Below, piece after piece: positions 37,453-52,400 of a DNA stretch of 64,000 bases. The position numbers were made by a program, and so were the translations under genes. This stretch comes from Callorhinchus milii. Its lineage: Eukaryota. The stretch spans positions 73,720,001-73,784,000 of the forward strand of contig NW_024704743.1 in NCBI RefSeq assembly GCF_018977255.1, read 5' to 3'. How positions within the stretch are numbered: the stretch's first letter is position 1; the number at the start of each line of letters is the position of its first letter. The notes under the pieces are model-generated. The model was not told where the DNA came from. It searched no databases and was given only the letters and a program-made list of their open reading frames with translations.

Positions 37453-39888
37453 GTAAGCACCTGAAATATAATTATTTGCAGTCTGGCAATCATTTTGTAA
37501 ACATTTGCAATTCATATTTTTTAGCTGTTTGGAGACAACAGGTGATCTTCCTGGAAGCTGTTTTGCATCAAGAAATTTATTCTCAATAAGATAAAATCTT
37601 TTTATCTTTTGGCTGAACTTTCAAAAAAATATTTTGTTTTGCAGCACGGAAATATGCCCAACAAGGCAGCCAAGTACTCTAACTAGTTTACCACATTGGG
37701 ATCTAATTTTCTGTGTTTCTTCATGGGAGGAATACAAAATCTTCAAATAGAGACTTTATTGTTATAAATTTAATGTGTCCTTTTTTTCTGTTTTTCCTCT
37801 CTTCCTGGTCTGTAATCATAACAACAAATTGCATTTATATAGCACCTTTCACTTCTGAAGGATGACCCCCAAGGTGCTGAATAGTTCTAACCTATTGTTA
37901 TTTGCAAGCCAGTTTCAAATCAGAAAAATCATAATCTTCATAGTTGAGAGGTGCAAGGAAGCTGATGTAGGGGAGATAGATAATTATTGAAGTTGATTAA
38001 CAAAATATCTACACATTCGTAGTAAATAAATGTGCAATGGTGTGGTTTAAAAGTAACTCTTGGGTCAGTGGACTCATCTTAACACTTTGCAATCGTAGTT
38101 GGAGGCAAGGCTGTAAAAAAGAAAATTTGAAAAAAGGCGATGAGGGACAGTTGCCTGGCAATAACAATAGCACTCTGAGATTGTGTTAATATTTGCATTG
38201 TAGCTCTCCAGCATAATACCTGATGGCATGCACTAGTTATCCCGGGTACCAGATCTGGAAAAGCAAGCCATTAATAGCTCAGCCTCCACCTCAATGTGAC
38301 CAAAAATCATTCCAGCCCCTTGCAAAATAAAATGTGTGGTATCTTAAGACCACAGTAATGTGGACTTAATTGTACATGAAAGTAACTAACTTCTGATTTG
38401 TTTTCTTTATGTGGAGTGAACAGTGGAGCCCTGGTGTAATTTAATAAAAATACCATGGTGCCCAGATGCAGTGTGTATGTTATTAGTAAAATGAAAATCC
38501 TATTGAACAATCAGTTTACTGGTGCTGTGCTATATATGCTGCTTTTTTTAAAAAAAATCTATTTTAGGTTTGTAAAATATTAAATGAAAAAGTTAATTTG
38601 TGGAAAGAACATGTATTTAGGTTCATATGTTGACGCTTAGATTTGCCTTCTAAGATATGATTGGTATGTAAAATGTTCTGTATCAACTGAGCAAGTGCCA
38701 AACATTCTTAACATGCTGAATAACTGATTTTTTTTTACCAATTATAGTAATCTAGGTTGCCCAGTAACGTTTTACTGGTATGAATTTTCAAAATAGCTTT
38801 CGTAATGTTGGCTGATCCTAGATCTGAGTTAGAAGTGTAGGTCATATTCCTATATACAGAATGTCTTCAAATTTTTCAACTACTTTCAACTTTGCAAAGT
38901 AATCCATATGAAATATCTCCAACTGGTAGAACCATCACTGAATGGGGGAGGGATGTATCTCCAAGTATAGGCCGGAAGATGATGGCAATGTTCTCATTAT
39001 TTCATGCTGAGCTGTGTTGCCCACAAGGAAGCTCACAGGGAGTTTATGTTACCTGCCATCCCCCTAGTGAGGGCTCAAACCAGAACTTGTTAGATGTCAA
39101 ATGACCAACTAGTGACAATCCTCCTTGTAGTTTGGATACATTTAGGCTTGGTGATGGATTTCTGCATATGTCAGACACCGAGATGACCAACAAAAAATTA
39201 AGGTAAAGCGTGTTCAGCATATCAAGAAAGTAACACATTGTGCCATGGATTGATGGACTGGAATTTCAGTGTACATGATTAGAAAATGAAAACATTTGAT
39301 GAACATCCACAGTCTCAACTGTGTTGCTGTGAGGGTGAAAATGTTTCTCACTATGTGGGAGTATCATACCAGACTGGTTTTAATGTGAGGTTAGTTACAA
39401 GCCTGGGAGAAAGTTGCCTGGCTGGTGTGTGGTGAAGCGGTTCTGTAAGGGTCAGTAGAGTGAAGAATGTTGCTTTCAAAAAGTGGGGGGGAAATGCTGT
39501 TTTCTGACTTAATCATATCAGTCATAAGTGAAACAGAGAACTTATCCCATGAGTGTTGTCCATAATATTTTAAAATAGTTGATTAAAAATATTGGATTAA
39601 AAGTAAAGGTGAGGTTAATAGTATTGTATTCTATCGTGGAGCAGAGTTTCAGTGCAAGTGTTTTTTGAAAAATGTCGTATTATAGTATAATATCAATCAT
39701 AATGGAGTTACAACTTTATTATAGACCTTATTTTATTTATCTAAAATAAATATTCTTAGATATTGCAAACCTATGTCAGAGTATTAATTGGTAAACTGTA
39801 GTCTGAACTTTCTATGATTCAATAAATTCTATCGGGGGATCTTATATTGGCCAGAATGCACTTTTACATATTTGAAATTTACTTTCAG

Positions 39889-39969
39889 GTTGGAGGATTC
39901 CTGAAATCTCCTAAATTTCCAATTTGGATACTTGGCAGCGAAACCCATCTAACAGTGTTTTTTGCAAAG
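39889..39969 (+). CDS. MINDY3: MINDY3 exon 10: VGGFLKSPKFPIWILGSETHLTVFFAK (catalytic His)
   Basis: ctttcag / AAG|gtatgt; 81 nt; SETHLTV active-site motif. Confidence 0.97.
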
Positions 39970-42939
39970 GTATGTCTTAAGATCTCTAATATATCTGCTG
40001 TGATTTATATCGGGTCTTTTGTCCAAAAGGTTAAAAACTTTTAAAAAGTTACAATTGTCAGTGATTAGTAAACATCTTTTGCTAAGTGATCAAAGGTGTA
40101 TTCTCCTATATTGTAAAGATCAATGTACAATGCTTTGCAGAGTGGGAAACTCAATTGAGTACATTTGACAACCTCATCTTGAGGTTCATATTAAGCTTAA
40201 AACTTGCATTTTGAGTCTTGAAGAATTAATACTGCAGCTCTGTGCAGTTTAATAGTTGTATGCATGAGATCTACATTTAAAATAATCAGTGGATCACAAG
40301 AGGTCCAGAGGAGGGAAGGCCCTTCTGACCATGTGATTTCCTTCTAAAATACCCAAACTACTGTCTTCCCACTACAGCTTATAAGCCATTTCTCAAACTA
40401 GTCCAGTCTTCTGGACTGAACAAACCTTCAGGGTAACTCATTCCAACTGTTGATCCACCTCTGTGTAGATGCTTCCTAGTGCCCTGCTATAATTAATTAA
40501 ACTTCACAACTCTGAACCTGCCCGCTTGCCCTCCTGCATATATCAGAGTGTCATTTCTCCAACCTATTAAACAACTTGTAAATAGCCCCTTTAAGACATT
40601 GTTTTGAGTCTGAAAGCCCTCGCTGTAATTCCTCAAACTTTTATCCCATAAATGCTAGAGGTTAACCATATTGCTCTCCTTTTGTTCATGGTTTCACACA
40701 CTCCTGTCTTCCCTCTCATACTCACGTTTTGGATCTCGTGTTTTCATTTACACTTGTGCCCTTTTGCACTCTCTCCCTCTTGCACCCTTGTGTATGCTTT
40801 TTTGACAGATAAATTGGTGTAGGGACATGAGAGTAGACTACTTTCAAAATTTGGAGGAGCTGTATTGCACACAGCTTGAAAATGTTAGTGGAAAGAGGCA
40901 CAACATTAACAGGTGTGCGAAGCATAATGCCTCGATTTGTCTATGACCTCATGTCAATGAGCATTTGAGACCTACTTTAAACCTTGACCATAACTGGCAC
41001 CTTGAATATGGTAATATTGGATTCTGTATAATTACTATTTTTAAAAGAATAAACTTGATACAAATTTAGAAACATTTAAACATGGGCCTAATATTTTAAG
41101 GCACACGTTGTGGTTTGCTTAATATTTATGTTTTGGGCTTCCTTTGAAAACTTGCCAACTTTTCATTGTTGATATTTTAGGAATTCTTAACTTGTATAAT
41201 GTATAACTTTGTAATTCCAGTACTGTCACTTCAATAGGTGTAAGATTATGCAATAAATACTATTGCTACACACATCTGGATTTACAGCGAGTACAATTTT
41301 AAATATAGATTGACCTTGTTAAGTGAGCAGAATTATATGACTGGTGTTTGCTGTTAGAATCTAATTGAATCTGACAGAATCTAAAGGTAATCTATTTAGT
41401 GACTTCATGTGTTTTGGGAACATTGTGAAATGTGAGATGCTCATAATTCAAAATTTCCTTTGTGCCGCTGCTCAGTGTCAGTGGAGTACTATACCCATTA
41501 ACCTATGCCCTGACTTTCCTTTTCTAAATGTAGTGCAAGCAGATTTTTTTAAGTATATGTTGCAAAACAAAAGATTTAATCACGCTGTCTTTTTGTAACA
41601 TATTCCCTGGTTTAAACAATTTCTTGATTAATATCTGAGAATAGAACAGTAATACATTATTTTAAATATTCAATTTCACTATAAAATAAAGCAGACTAAA
41701 GGTTTTAGCATGATGTTATATACACTAAACTGATAACTCATCCAAGTTTAAATGGCTCAGTGGCAAGTTTTTTGATTGCATGATGATTTGCGTGTTAGTG
41801 ACAATTGAAGGGCAAGTTAAATTAAGGGCCGAGTTATCAGGTGTCTACAGTTAGAAACTTATGTTTGTTGCAGACTTTTTAAAACTTCTGAATTTTTTGG
41901 ATAACAATTCAAGGTGGTGAGACATTGAATGGAAGCATAAATTGATGATACTTTGATATGGTGGTTCCACTTCTGGTCTCGATGTAGCTTTCTATTGTGC
42001 GGTTAAATTAACCTAGATTGAATGTCTCAAATTGAAGAGAAATACAAAATTGAAGCAAAATTAGTTAACTTGGCAACTATGTCTAGCCTTGCTTTATTTC
42101 CCAAAGCAGAGCTGCTATGACAGCTGTTGTATGAGACAAAATTGATGAGCGTGCCGACAGAGATGAAACAAGTCTATAGTATCGGGTTTCTCTCTTCTGA
42201 ATTGCACTCAGTATTGGGGGTTTTTTTTGGTGGGGGGTGTTCTCTTCAGAGTGGGTTTTTGAAGTTGGTGGAAATTGATGAGTTTTACATCCCTATATTG
42301 TTGCTACCGAAGCTTAGAGGGTCTTTTTTTTCCCTCCTGAAATCTCACCTCTGACCTCAGTGGGGATGCAGAAGATTCATTTTCAGGTGTGCGCAGTTGG
42401 AGAAACACACCAGAGACCTCACTTTTAAGGCAGCTCTGTATTGAAATTCAGTCTCTGAGATAGCATTGTTTCTGCAGTCGATAGATGTATAGACGGAGGC
42501 AGAATCAGTTACTGGGAATGGAGAAACACATGAGTCTCTACTCGGCAGACGGTCTTTGTTCTACTTTTACTTTATGCAAGAATGTCAGCTGGCAATTTGA
42601 CCATAGGGAACACAAATCTAAACATAATCCTGATCATACATTCATTGGTCCATTAGACGTTCCTGAATGGAAAGGTGGACCCCTGGCTAATTTTCTTCTC
42701 CCTGACCTAAGGATTGAGACAAATTGTTAGCATGACATTTGTTGCCTTGCTCAGATCAGCTTACTACAGACTGGGAAATGAATCTGGAACTTATTCAGTT
42801 TGTTTCTTTTTAACTAAAGTCATTGAATTTAGAAAAAGCCTATGTTAATTTACATAAGTTTTAAAAAAGCTTTGAATTCCAAGCAGCCTCAATGGTGTAT
42901 GGAATTCAAAGGCTTTGATCTTCTCAGCCTACCTGGCCT

Positions 42940-43550
42940 CTTTCTCGACCTCACCAAACCAGTGCTCAAACTTGGAGTACATTTTGTTCCTCAGCTCTCC
43001 TTTCTAGCTCACATTCAGTCTCCGCCAAAGACTCAATCTCATCAACTGCTGCAGAAACCATTATTCATGCCAGGATATCGGTTGTCTAGATTTTTCAAAC
43101 ACGGTCTTTGCTTATCTCCCCACCTGCACCATCCATAAGATCCAGCTAATCCCAAACCACCACCCACACCAAACTCCACATTCCCAATCATCCCTGTCCT
43201 CAAGAGAGCCCCTTTCTCCCAAAAGATCCATTTCAAGGTCCTCATCTTCACCTATAAATCCCTTCGAAATTGCTTAGCTAACGTGGGCCTGCTGTGCATC
43301 TATCATCATCTCTGTGCCGCTATTGATAGCCAAGCTTTCAGCTGTTATGCCCTAACTCTGGAACTACTCTCTCTTCCTTTCTGTCTCACTTTCTCTATCT
43401 GTCTTTAAATTCCACCATAAAATATCTCTGATCACTCCTATGGTGCCTTTCCCCCTGTCCCTTGTTCAGTGCCTGACTCCCACTTTATAAATCACTCCAA
43501 GGTGTTATACTATGTGAAAGGTGCTGTTTGGACATGGCAAGTTGTTATTG
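42940..43550 (+). mobile_element. Degenerate L2 3' fragment
   Basis: ttcaaggtcctcatcttcacctataaatcc and tail gtgaaaggtgctg...gcaagttgttattg. Confidence 0.7.
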
Positions 43551-43870
43551 CCTCGGAGCTTGCTGGTATCAATTAGGGCTACATGGGCAGCCTAAATTGG
43601 CTCTGGCTTTCCCAGTTTTTTATTCTTGATCCCTCTTCAGCACCCTCTTTTTTTCTTTAAAAAAAGTCACGCGAGGAACAGGTACACTAGGCCAGTATGG
43701 CAATAAGGGAGAAAATTAGAAGAATAATTGGACATGTTAAAATTTCAAGACATACCTTTTAGTTGTCTTTCCCCTTCCCACCCTCTTCAGCTCCTACCTC
43801 CAGCCAAGCCAACAGTGTAAAGCTCTTTGAGATGTGCTGACGTGAAAGTTGCTATATAAATTATACTGTA

Positions 43871-44026
43871 CAGTAAACTCCTGGTAACTCCACCATGGCT
43901 TGACTTGTTACTACCATTTAAGTCATCAGGCGATCAATATTGTGCACACATTTACTTATATATTTATATTCATGTGCCTAATTTACCACTTTTAATAAAT
44001 CATCTTGAGATTTCAGGAATTTACTG
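43871..44026. mobile_element. Tc1/mariner (pogo/Tigger-like) MITE
   Basis: TIRs CAGTAAACTCCTG / CAGGAATTTACTG flanked by TA on both sides. Confidence 0.75.
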
Positions 44027-46097
44027 TATTTTAAAAAAGAATTATTTGGAACTTAACTTATAAAACAAATTGATGCATAAAGTGGATTTTTGTACAATGG
44101 TTTGTACAGTGGATTGACAATGTATGAATGTATAACAAGACAGTAAACGTCTAATGTCTTAACTAATTATCCAAAACTAATCTCAGATTCTATCTACACC
44201 TTTGTATGATGCTTTGACCCTTATTCGCGTTATTCTTGGAGGAAAAGGCTAACTCTATTAACTTGGTGTATATTAACATTTCATGTTAGAGCTACTCTGC
44301 CAACAAAGCCAAGAAGAGTAAAAGGAAATATTGAAGCATTTATGTCCCAACTAAGGAAAAGTGCTTATTTCCAATCTTCATTTACAAACTCTCATATTTC
44401 AATAAGACTCTGATGACTAGCCCCTATGATAAGTTGTAATCCCCACACATAACTAATAACTCACTCAATATCCTGGCTACTTGAGTACTTTGTACTTTTG
44501 AGATACTGCACATTAGATAACTATTCAACTCTGATAAGTAGTAAGTTGAGCTATTTCCCTTGGGGTGACGAGTTATCAGAGTTTCACTGTGTAAGTAACC
44601 AGTTCAGTGTTTATATAAGCAATGTCATTTTTGGCTAAGTAGTAAAATTATTTCTGTTTTACAAATAGAAGATATATGGTCAGAGTGCAATGAAGATGCA
44701 GCATTTCATTTACTGTATAATTGGCACTGATATAATCCATGGCGCCAGACCTTTGTTTTACCATAAACTAATGGAAACCAGGTTAAAAGCTGAATTCAAT
44801 TAACCCTTTAACCTGTAAGTACAGACTTGAATCTATATTTGGTTCCAGATGGTCAAAGGCTGGCAAGCCAAGTCAACATTCTCTTTCTAACCATTAGTGA
44901 TTCAAAAGTTTTAATTTAACATCATGAAAAAGGACTTTTAAAAATGTTAGCATGCCTTTATTTCAAAACTTTCCTTGTCAAAAGGTGCACATAATTCACA
45001 TAAGCACGCCCTTGCCTCTTATGAACTTAAACAACTTCTTAGTAGCATTAGTTTTTATAGTTGTCATCTTTCAGGCCCAACAACCAGCTCTCAATTTAAA
45101 ATATTCCTCACAGTCTTCTTCAAAGTTTCCAGTTGCTTTCAGAGGACAAAATGATTGCAGGCTTTTTGCCACTTATATCAAAATACTTTTGGGAATGCAA
45201 GTGGTGAAGATTTTGAGACATTTGTTGATTTGTGCCTTAACCTACTGCAAGATGTGTCCGAGCACCTCCACATCTGTTTCAGTGTTGAGATATACAATTC
45301 TCACTGGTCGAATAGCTTTATGTCTTTAATTATTGTGTCTCCCTGCATGCATTCAGGAATTGTCAAGATCAGTGGTTTGTGATACTCTTAAGAGGATAAA
45401 CTGGATATTCTTCTAAGGATACCCATAAGAGCCTTCCAATCAAACTTGTCCACAAATATAGCTAGTGCACAAGAATTTTTTTTCCGAATGAGTGTATTAA
45501 GTGCATTCAGGAAATTTGGCACTCAGCAAAATAACAGTCTTCTATGTGATATATAAACCCCTCAATTTCATGGAGTGAAATTCTTTCTCAGAGTGTAGTC
45601 CAAAAGATTTTTTGAGGCTATGTGGATATGAATCTGTACAAGTCAGGATTTTTTGAAAGTTTTGCTATCTTGTTACCCATTCATCTTTCAGAGTGAATGA
45701 AATGTGAAGAAAGCACCATTAGACAGTCATTTCTGTATATTTTGCAATGCATAATGCACATATTCAAGTTGGAATGACCCTATGCCATTGCAACAGTAAC
45801 TTTATTGAAAGTGATCAGGTTGGCAACCTAAGTCCAAATCTGCTGCTTGACATTCAGTTTTAACCAGTAAGTTACCTATACCCAAATCTCCTTCTGTAAG
45901 GGGGCTAAAGAAAAAAAAATCTGAATTTCTTGCATTTGGAAGGATTTCTTGCATCAGAGAATTGAAACAAAATGCACTAAACCGATTCAAATTCAGAAGT
46001 GTTCAAACTAAGCTAAGTCCCCTTGCATGAGGACTTGGATTAAGCAGCTGGTAACAAGTAAGCTCAGTACGCATTGGACTTTGACCTCAAGACCTCA

Positions 46098-48030
46098 AGT
46101 GGCTAGCATGTCACAAGCTGTCCTGTAAAGGTCCTCCCATCACCATGCTGAAGGCAGATAGCAGATGAGGAAACTCCAAGGCTTGATGACAGCTGTTGGA
46201 AGACGTTATCTGGAGGCCGAGTTTCTGAATACATGTTCGTGCACCCAGCACTGGAATCCACCTTGATTGGCTTGGAGAGAGGTAAGCAGTTGCCACTTAA
46301 ACTCCGCAGCTCCAACTGGTGGAACCATCACTCAATGGGAAAGCATGTGTTCCCAAGCTGTGGACAGGAAGATGGCGGCAATGCTTTCATCATTTCATGC
46401 TCAGCTATTTGCTTACCAGGAAACACGCAGGGAGTTCCTATGTTCTACCATCCACCTAGTGAGGACTCAAACTCGTACTTGTCGGATGTCAAACGACCAA
46501 CTAGTGACTATCCTCCTAGTGAAGGTGGGTGGGAGGTACATGGGATCCCTTTGGAGTTGAACTGGCTCCAAGGTGATATGTTTGGCAACGGAATGTCGGA
46601 ATCGAGCCAGCCCTCGCTGGTGGTCTAGGTAGTCCAGTTCCTGAGCCAGGCGGGTCCGCAGAACTCCAAGGCACTGGCTCATATGCAGGAAGGACAGACC
46701 GGTCTCTGGGGGCAGGGAATCCTCCCATTTAGCTTTTGTTAACCCTGCAAGCCAAAGCCCTAATAGGTAGGTTGGTCCTAGCTGGATAAGCAGCGGGAAA
46801 GATTGCCAGACAATGCCAGGCAAGTTATGTGGTTTTAGCTGGTTAGACTCCAGTACAACAACAACAAAATTACATTTATAGAGTGCCTTTCACGTCGGGA
46901 GGATGTCCCAAGGCGCTGAACAGTCGGGTCAGGACCCGAGCATGGGGTAGGGGTGAGGGAAGGCAGAGAGGTGGGAGGGAGACCGAATGCACAATCGAAG
47001 AGGAGGGTCTTGAGAGGAGGCAAGGGAGGAAGCGAGGCGAAGGGACTGTGGGATGGAGTTCCAGAGTGTGGGGGCAGAGAGGCTGAAAGCTCGGCCACCG
47101 ATGGTAGGGTGGGTCAGGCGGGAAACATGGAGCAGGCCGGAGCCCGCTGAATGGAGAGAGCGGACAGGTTGTTAGGGAGTCAGCATGTCAGAGAGGTAGG
47201 AGGGGGCAAGGCCATGGATGGCCTTAAAGGTGAGGACGAGGATCTTGAATTCAATCCTCTGAGGGATGGGGAGCCAGTGGAGTTGGGCGAGGGTGGGAGT
47301 GATGGGGTCACGGAGTCTGGTGCTCGAGAGTACACGAGCTGCAGAGTTTTGGATGATTTGCAGCTTGTGAAGGGAAGAGTTGGGAAGGCCAATGAGGAGG
47401 GAGTTCCCGTAATCGAGCCTTGATGTGACGAATGCGTGAATGAGGGTTTCAGCAGCCTGAGGGGTGGCACAGTGGCGGAGTCTGGCAATGTTGCGGAGGT
47501 GGTGGTGGGCAGTGCCGGTCATAGCGCAGATGTGGGGGAGAGAGGACAGTTCAGGGTCAAACAAGACACCCAGGTTCCTGACTGGCTTAGTGAGGTTGAG
47601 TGTGCAGCTGTGGAGGCTGATGCTGCCAGCGCCCGAGCTGCGGAGGCGCTGGTGCGAGCCAATCAGGAGGGCCTCGGTCTTGCTGATGTTCAGTTGGAGA
47701 AAGTTGTCCGTTGTCCAGGACTTGATGTCGGACAGGCAGTTGGTCAGGATGCCAACAGTCCTGGAGTTGAGGGTGGAGGCAGAGAGATAGAGTAGTATCC
47801 TAACCCACACTCTGAGATCCCCAAGCCTTGGCTCTTGCCAACCTGCGCCTAATACTTTCCAGAATTAGGTAAGCAGGATGCGTCCCTCCAAGGAATGAGT
47901 ACATATTCCACTCCCAACAATATATCTGTGGATTTCCATGTGCAGGTGGGATGCAGAGAATTCTCAGTTTGATTTGGCTACTCTTAAGCATGGTGATGGG
48001 TTTTCGCATGTGTCAGATGCCTAGCTGACC
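46098..48030 (+). mobile_element. Unclassified interspersed repeat with inverted ends (interrupted by L2)
   Basis: cccatcaccatgctgaag (46136-46153) vs cttaagcatggtgatggg (47983-48000); segments recur at 13240-14220, 38915-39190, 32925-32965 and inverted at 48150-48535. Confidence 0.7.
46856..47793 (-). mobile_element. L2 LINE 3' fragment (RT C-terminus + 3'UTR)
   Basis: NFLQLNISKTE...IHAFVTSRLDYGNSLL...LHWLP; (TTG)n tail; inserted into an older repeat, with a possible 4-bp AGTA duplication. Confidence 0.95.
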
Positions 48031-48884
48031 AAAAAAAAATCACGTTTGATATGGTGAAATTTGCTATCTAATAGTCCAAGTGATGGACCAGCTTGTCTGG
48101 CTCGTATATAGGATATCGTACAAGATTCTTCTCACCCTGTTCCTGATAACCCTACAAGCCAATATGTTCCACATATGTATGCCACCAATGCATGGAAATG
48201 TCCCTGTCTGTAATGGAGTGTAAGCTCACTCTCTGGAGGGACTTACCTAATTACAGAGAGTATTGGTTGCAAGTTAGTTGGAGCCAACCCTTGGGGACCC
48301 CAGACTGTGAGCCGGGTTACTGTTAGAGTTTAACCAGCTAAAACTGGGTAGCTTGACATTTCTGCTCATTGAGTGATGCACCAGTTGGAAGTGCAGAGCT
48401 TGAGCAGGAGCTGCCTACCCCTCTACAAGGTGGATATCAAGCTCTGATGATATGAGCATGTGTTATGAACTAGACTCCATATATTGCTTTCCAGCAACTG
48501 TCGCTCCCAGAACTGTTTACTCATCATCTATTCCTGAATGGATTGGTTGCCGCAGCTGGACAAGCAATGGGAAATTTACCAGTACATAATACATGGATTT
48601 ATTATAATATATATAATACACAATACATGGATTTATTGCAAAGCTGAAAAAAATGTAAACCTGTTATGCAAATTTTCCAATCATTTCTTTGAAACACTAG
48701 TGCTAGATCTCTCTAGATAGAAAGCAAACAGCATGTAAATACAGGAGTAGCCAGAATTGAATGGGATGTTGTGAATGAAAATGCTGCTCCTTTAGTTTGA
48801 AGACTTCTGAATTTGAATCCATATCGCCGTTCGTTTTGTCCCTGATTTATGTTTGCAAGAAATTCTGTAAAAGTCTTCTTGTTT

Positions 48885-49437
48885 ACAGCAAAATTACATT
48901 TTATAGCGCCTTTCACACCAGGAGGACGTCCCAAGGCACAAGACAATCAGTAGTTTCGGACCCGAGCTGGGGAACGTGGGGGGTGGGTGGGGGGGGAAGG
49001 AGGATGACCGAAAGCACGGTCGAAGAAGAGGGTCTTGAAGGAGGCAAGGGAGGGGGAAAGGCGGAGGGACTGCTTAGTGAAGTTCCAGAGGGTGGAGGCA
49101 CAGTGGCTGAAGGCCCACTGGCCATTGGAGGGGCAGGTGAGGCATGGGACGTGAAGCAGGCTGGAGCCCGCTGATCGGAGGGAGCAGGCAGGTTGTTAGG
49201 GGGGAGCAAGGCCATGGAGGGCTTTGAAAGTGAGGACCAGGATCTTGAACTGTATCCTCTGTGTGATGGAAGCCAGTGAAGTCGGGTGAGGCTGGGGGTG
49301 ATAGGGTCACGGAGCCTGGTGCAGGAGAGGATACCGGCTGCAGAGTTTTGGATGATCTGCAACCTATGGAGGGAGGAGTTGGGGAGGCCGACAAGCAGGG
49401 AGTTTGCATAGTCGACCCTGGATGTTATGAATGCATG
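48885..49437 (-). mobile_element. L2 LINE 3' fragment
   Basis: HAFITSRVDYANSLL...LHWLP; same 3'UTR as the 46856 copy. Confidence 0.92.
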
Positions 49438-52400
49438 TTTAGCCTCCTTTAAGAAGCTGATTTGGACATGGATAACTTGCAGGCTGTAGCAGTAAGTCAT
49501 GTGTCCTGGGGTTAGTCATTATCAAAAATAGCTTGTGTTCTGCTTTTAGATTTTCTGGTTTAAATATTTTTAATAGTTTTTTTATTGGGATTATAATTGA
49601 TGTGTTTTAGCTGTTTGCTAACGATAGCAATAAGTCCTTAAAATGTGTTTTGTTTTAGCAGATGAAATCTTAAAAATTATTATACATTCCACACTGGTTT
49701 TGTGCTAATGAGATTGGAAGGATGTTGCATAACTCTCTCTGGAACATGCCGTACCGTAGAGCATGTTTTAAAAGTCAGTCATACTGGGTTGGCTTTTTAT
49801 CATACAGTAACTTTTCCTTAAGTCCATGTAAGGATTTTTGTTTCAAAGAATGGACCCATCCAGTTGGATATCAGCCTTCAGGTTCTGAAATAGTTGGGTT
49901 TGAGTTTTCAAGCTGGCAAGAGAGAAAGAATTTCAATTTAGATAAAATGAGACACTTGGATTCGGAGGAAAAACATACTTTTAGGTCTGCTTTTGTCGAG
50001 TGGTATCTTTCATTTAACCTTCTTAAATAAACTTTTATAAAAAACGGTACATGTATGTTGAAATGTATTCTAATTGCTACATTTATCAACATAGTAATGT
50101 AATACAATGCGTTATCTAAATTGAATCTGTTGTGATAGTTCTGATCTGTTCTGATAAAAAGTAACCTTGTCCATTGAAAAAACAATTCTATCAAATAAAA
50201 TTTGAGAATATTTGATCAGTAGGTGTTAGGAGGCATGTAAAATATAGGTATGTAAAATATAGAATGAGGATTTAAGCAACCTGTTTTCAAAAGCTTGGGT
50301 TCTGACTTCCACATTACTATCCTTTAGTGGAAACTCATGTTTTCCATTGAAACTGAATAAGATGTCATAGATTAATACTTTTGAACTGTAACTGGAACCA
50401 ATGGCCCAAGGCTGCAGTACCTTCCCACAAAATCTTCACCTTTGGGTCAATATGAGTAACAACTTCAGGAAAGTTATGCTGTGAATATCCACGAACAAAG
50501 ATTGGATTCCATATTCACGTTTTTCTAAGAGGGTTAAAGTGCAAATGAATAAAATAAGATGGAAACCTGTACACCATAACAGGAGTAATTTTTGAGCTTT
50601 GTAAAGTTCATATCTGTTTGCATTGATCAGTTTGAGGCCTGGATTTTCCACAGACACAATACATGATCAACTAAAGTGGTGGGAGAATTTAGTTCAACAT
50701 ATTTTGATATATCAGAATTCTTAGACCATTTTAGAGTTGACTACAAAATGATGTAAATCTTGTTCTACGATGATTCTTGGTACATAGGAATGTTTTTCTT
50801 AGAGGAAAAAATCCTGAAGTTCTGTCTTTGAAGTCCTATCCTGTGACAGCTACTGTGCTCCCAGATGATGCATAGTGTTGTTATTGCCCTATGTTCCTCC
50901 CTACTCAATCCAATATCAAGGTACAGCTCACCACTCAAACCATACTTTAACTCAGGCCTTGTGAGCTATCCAAATCCAAGATGTGTTACAATATTAAAGC
51001 ATATGGGAAAAGGCATTAAACAGACAAATAGATATGCTATGACTTTTGTAAAATAGGTGAATATGCTCAATGAACTGATTGGCCTACTCGTGTTGCTATA
51101 TTTTATATTAGTGAACACTGCCAATCCAAATTGTTGTTAATTCTCCTATATTCCTAAATATTTAGAAACGAGAATACATATTATTGTCATTTTCTCATGT
51201 CACCCATAAATCTAAAACTTTATGATATTCAACTTGTGTTTATCAGTAAATAATTTCCAACAAAGCACTACAAAGTGGAACACTTCCTTGGACATCTCCA
51301 TGGTGTTTGGTCTTGTCTGCTTCTGCTCCATCAGAGCAGTCATTGCCTGTGTTCTTCCACTTTGTTCATGGTTTCTGAACAATAACCTCCACTCTTCAAC
51401 CCTAATCCTCTATCCTGTTAGTTCCACTCTGTATTCATCAGCTTCCTTCAGATTGCACGCTCTCGTTGAGCAAAACTTTCCTTTCCTCTCAGTTAAATAC
51501 CTTGTTCCTACATGCACTTTGATGGGACAATGAAAATCAAGTTTCCTTCAACTATTCATTTATTTAATCTCTCATAAATTCACCCTACAACTACTATAAT
51601 TTAATTCTATTGAAATGAAAACTGACACACTCATATTCTTAACTCAAGCTTTCACAGGACTTCAAGACTGTGGTAATCATTACTTCCTTCTGTTTCCACT
51701 TTCTACATTTTACAGGCTTCTAAAATAGACCTTAATGTGGAAACATGAAACATTCACATATGTGAACATGTATTCTGGTACCAGCACAGTAAGGTTCATA
51801 CATAAGGGCTTAGGACCACAGTCGGAAATCCCAAGTTTCTACTACTCAAGTTATAAAGGACAGATATTTTTAGTAATGTAAAATTTATTGATTGGTTGCA
51901 TTGCTGTGATAATGACATGTGAGAAGGAGTAGATGGTATACAAAGGGAAGTGGCAACATTTAAGTTAAGGTACTGGCTAAGAAAACATCGAATGGCAACA
52001 CATTGAAATAGGGTCGATTAGCAAACCCGGAAAAGGAAAGACCTGTGGCAGCTATACTGAAAGTATCTGGTTAATATGAGGTTAGGGATACTGATCAAGT
52101 GCTGGGATTTGAATCATAGTTAAAACTGGTTATTTTGATCTTGTGGAGCTCATTTTAATGTTATCTTTGGAATGTTTTGGGAAGCTTAACAATATAAAGA
52201 ACACGGCACATCGGTAGATTGAAGGTTTCAGAGAAGAGTATTCGGGAGGATTTTGAGACTTGAGAAACACATCGTGTTTTCACTGAAGAAAAGGAGAAAT
52301 GGTATATTCAGATCTTCAAAATGTTGAGGCATGGATATTGTAGATGTTTTCTGATCTTACACATATAGAATCAACAAAACTCAAACCGGAGTTCAGAATT

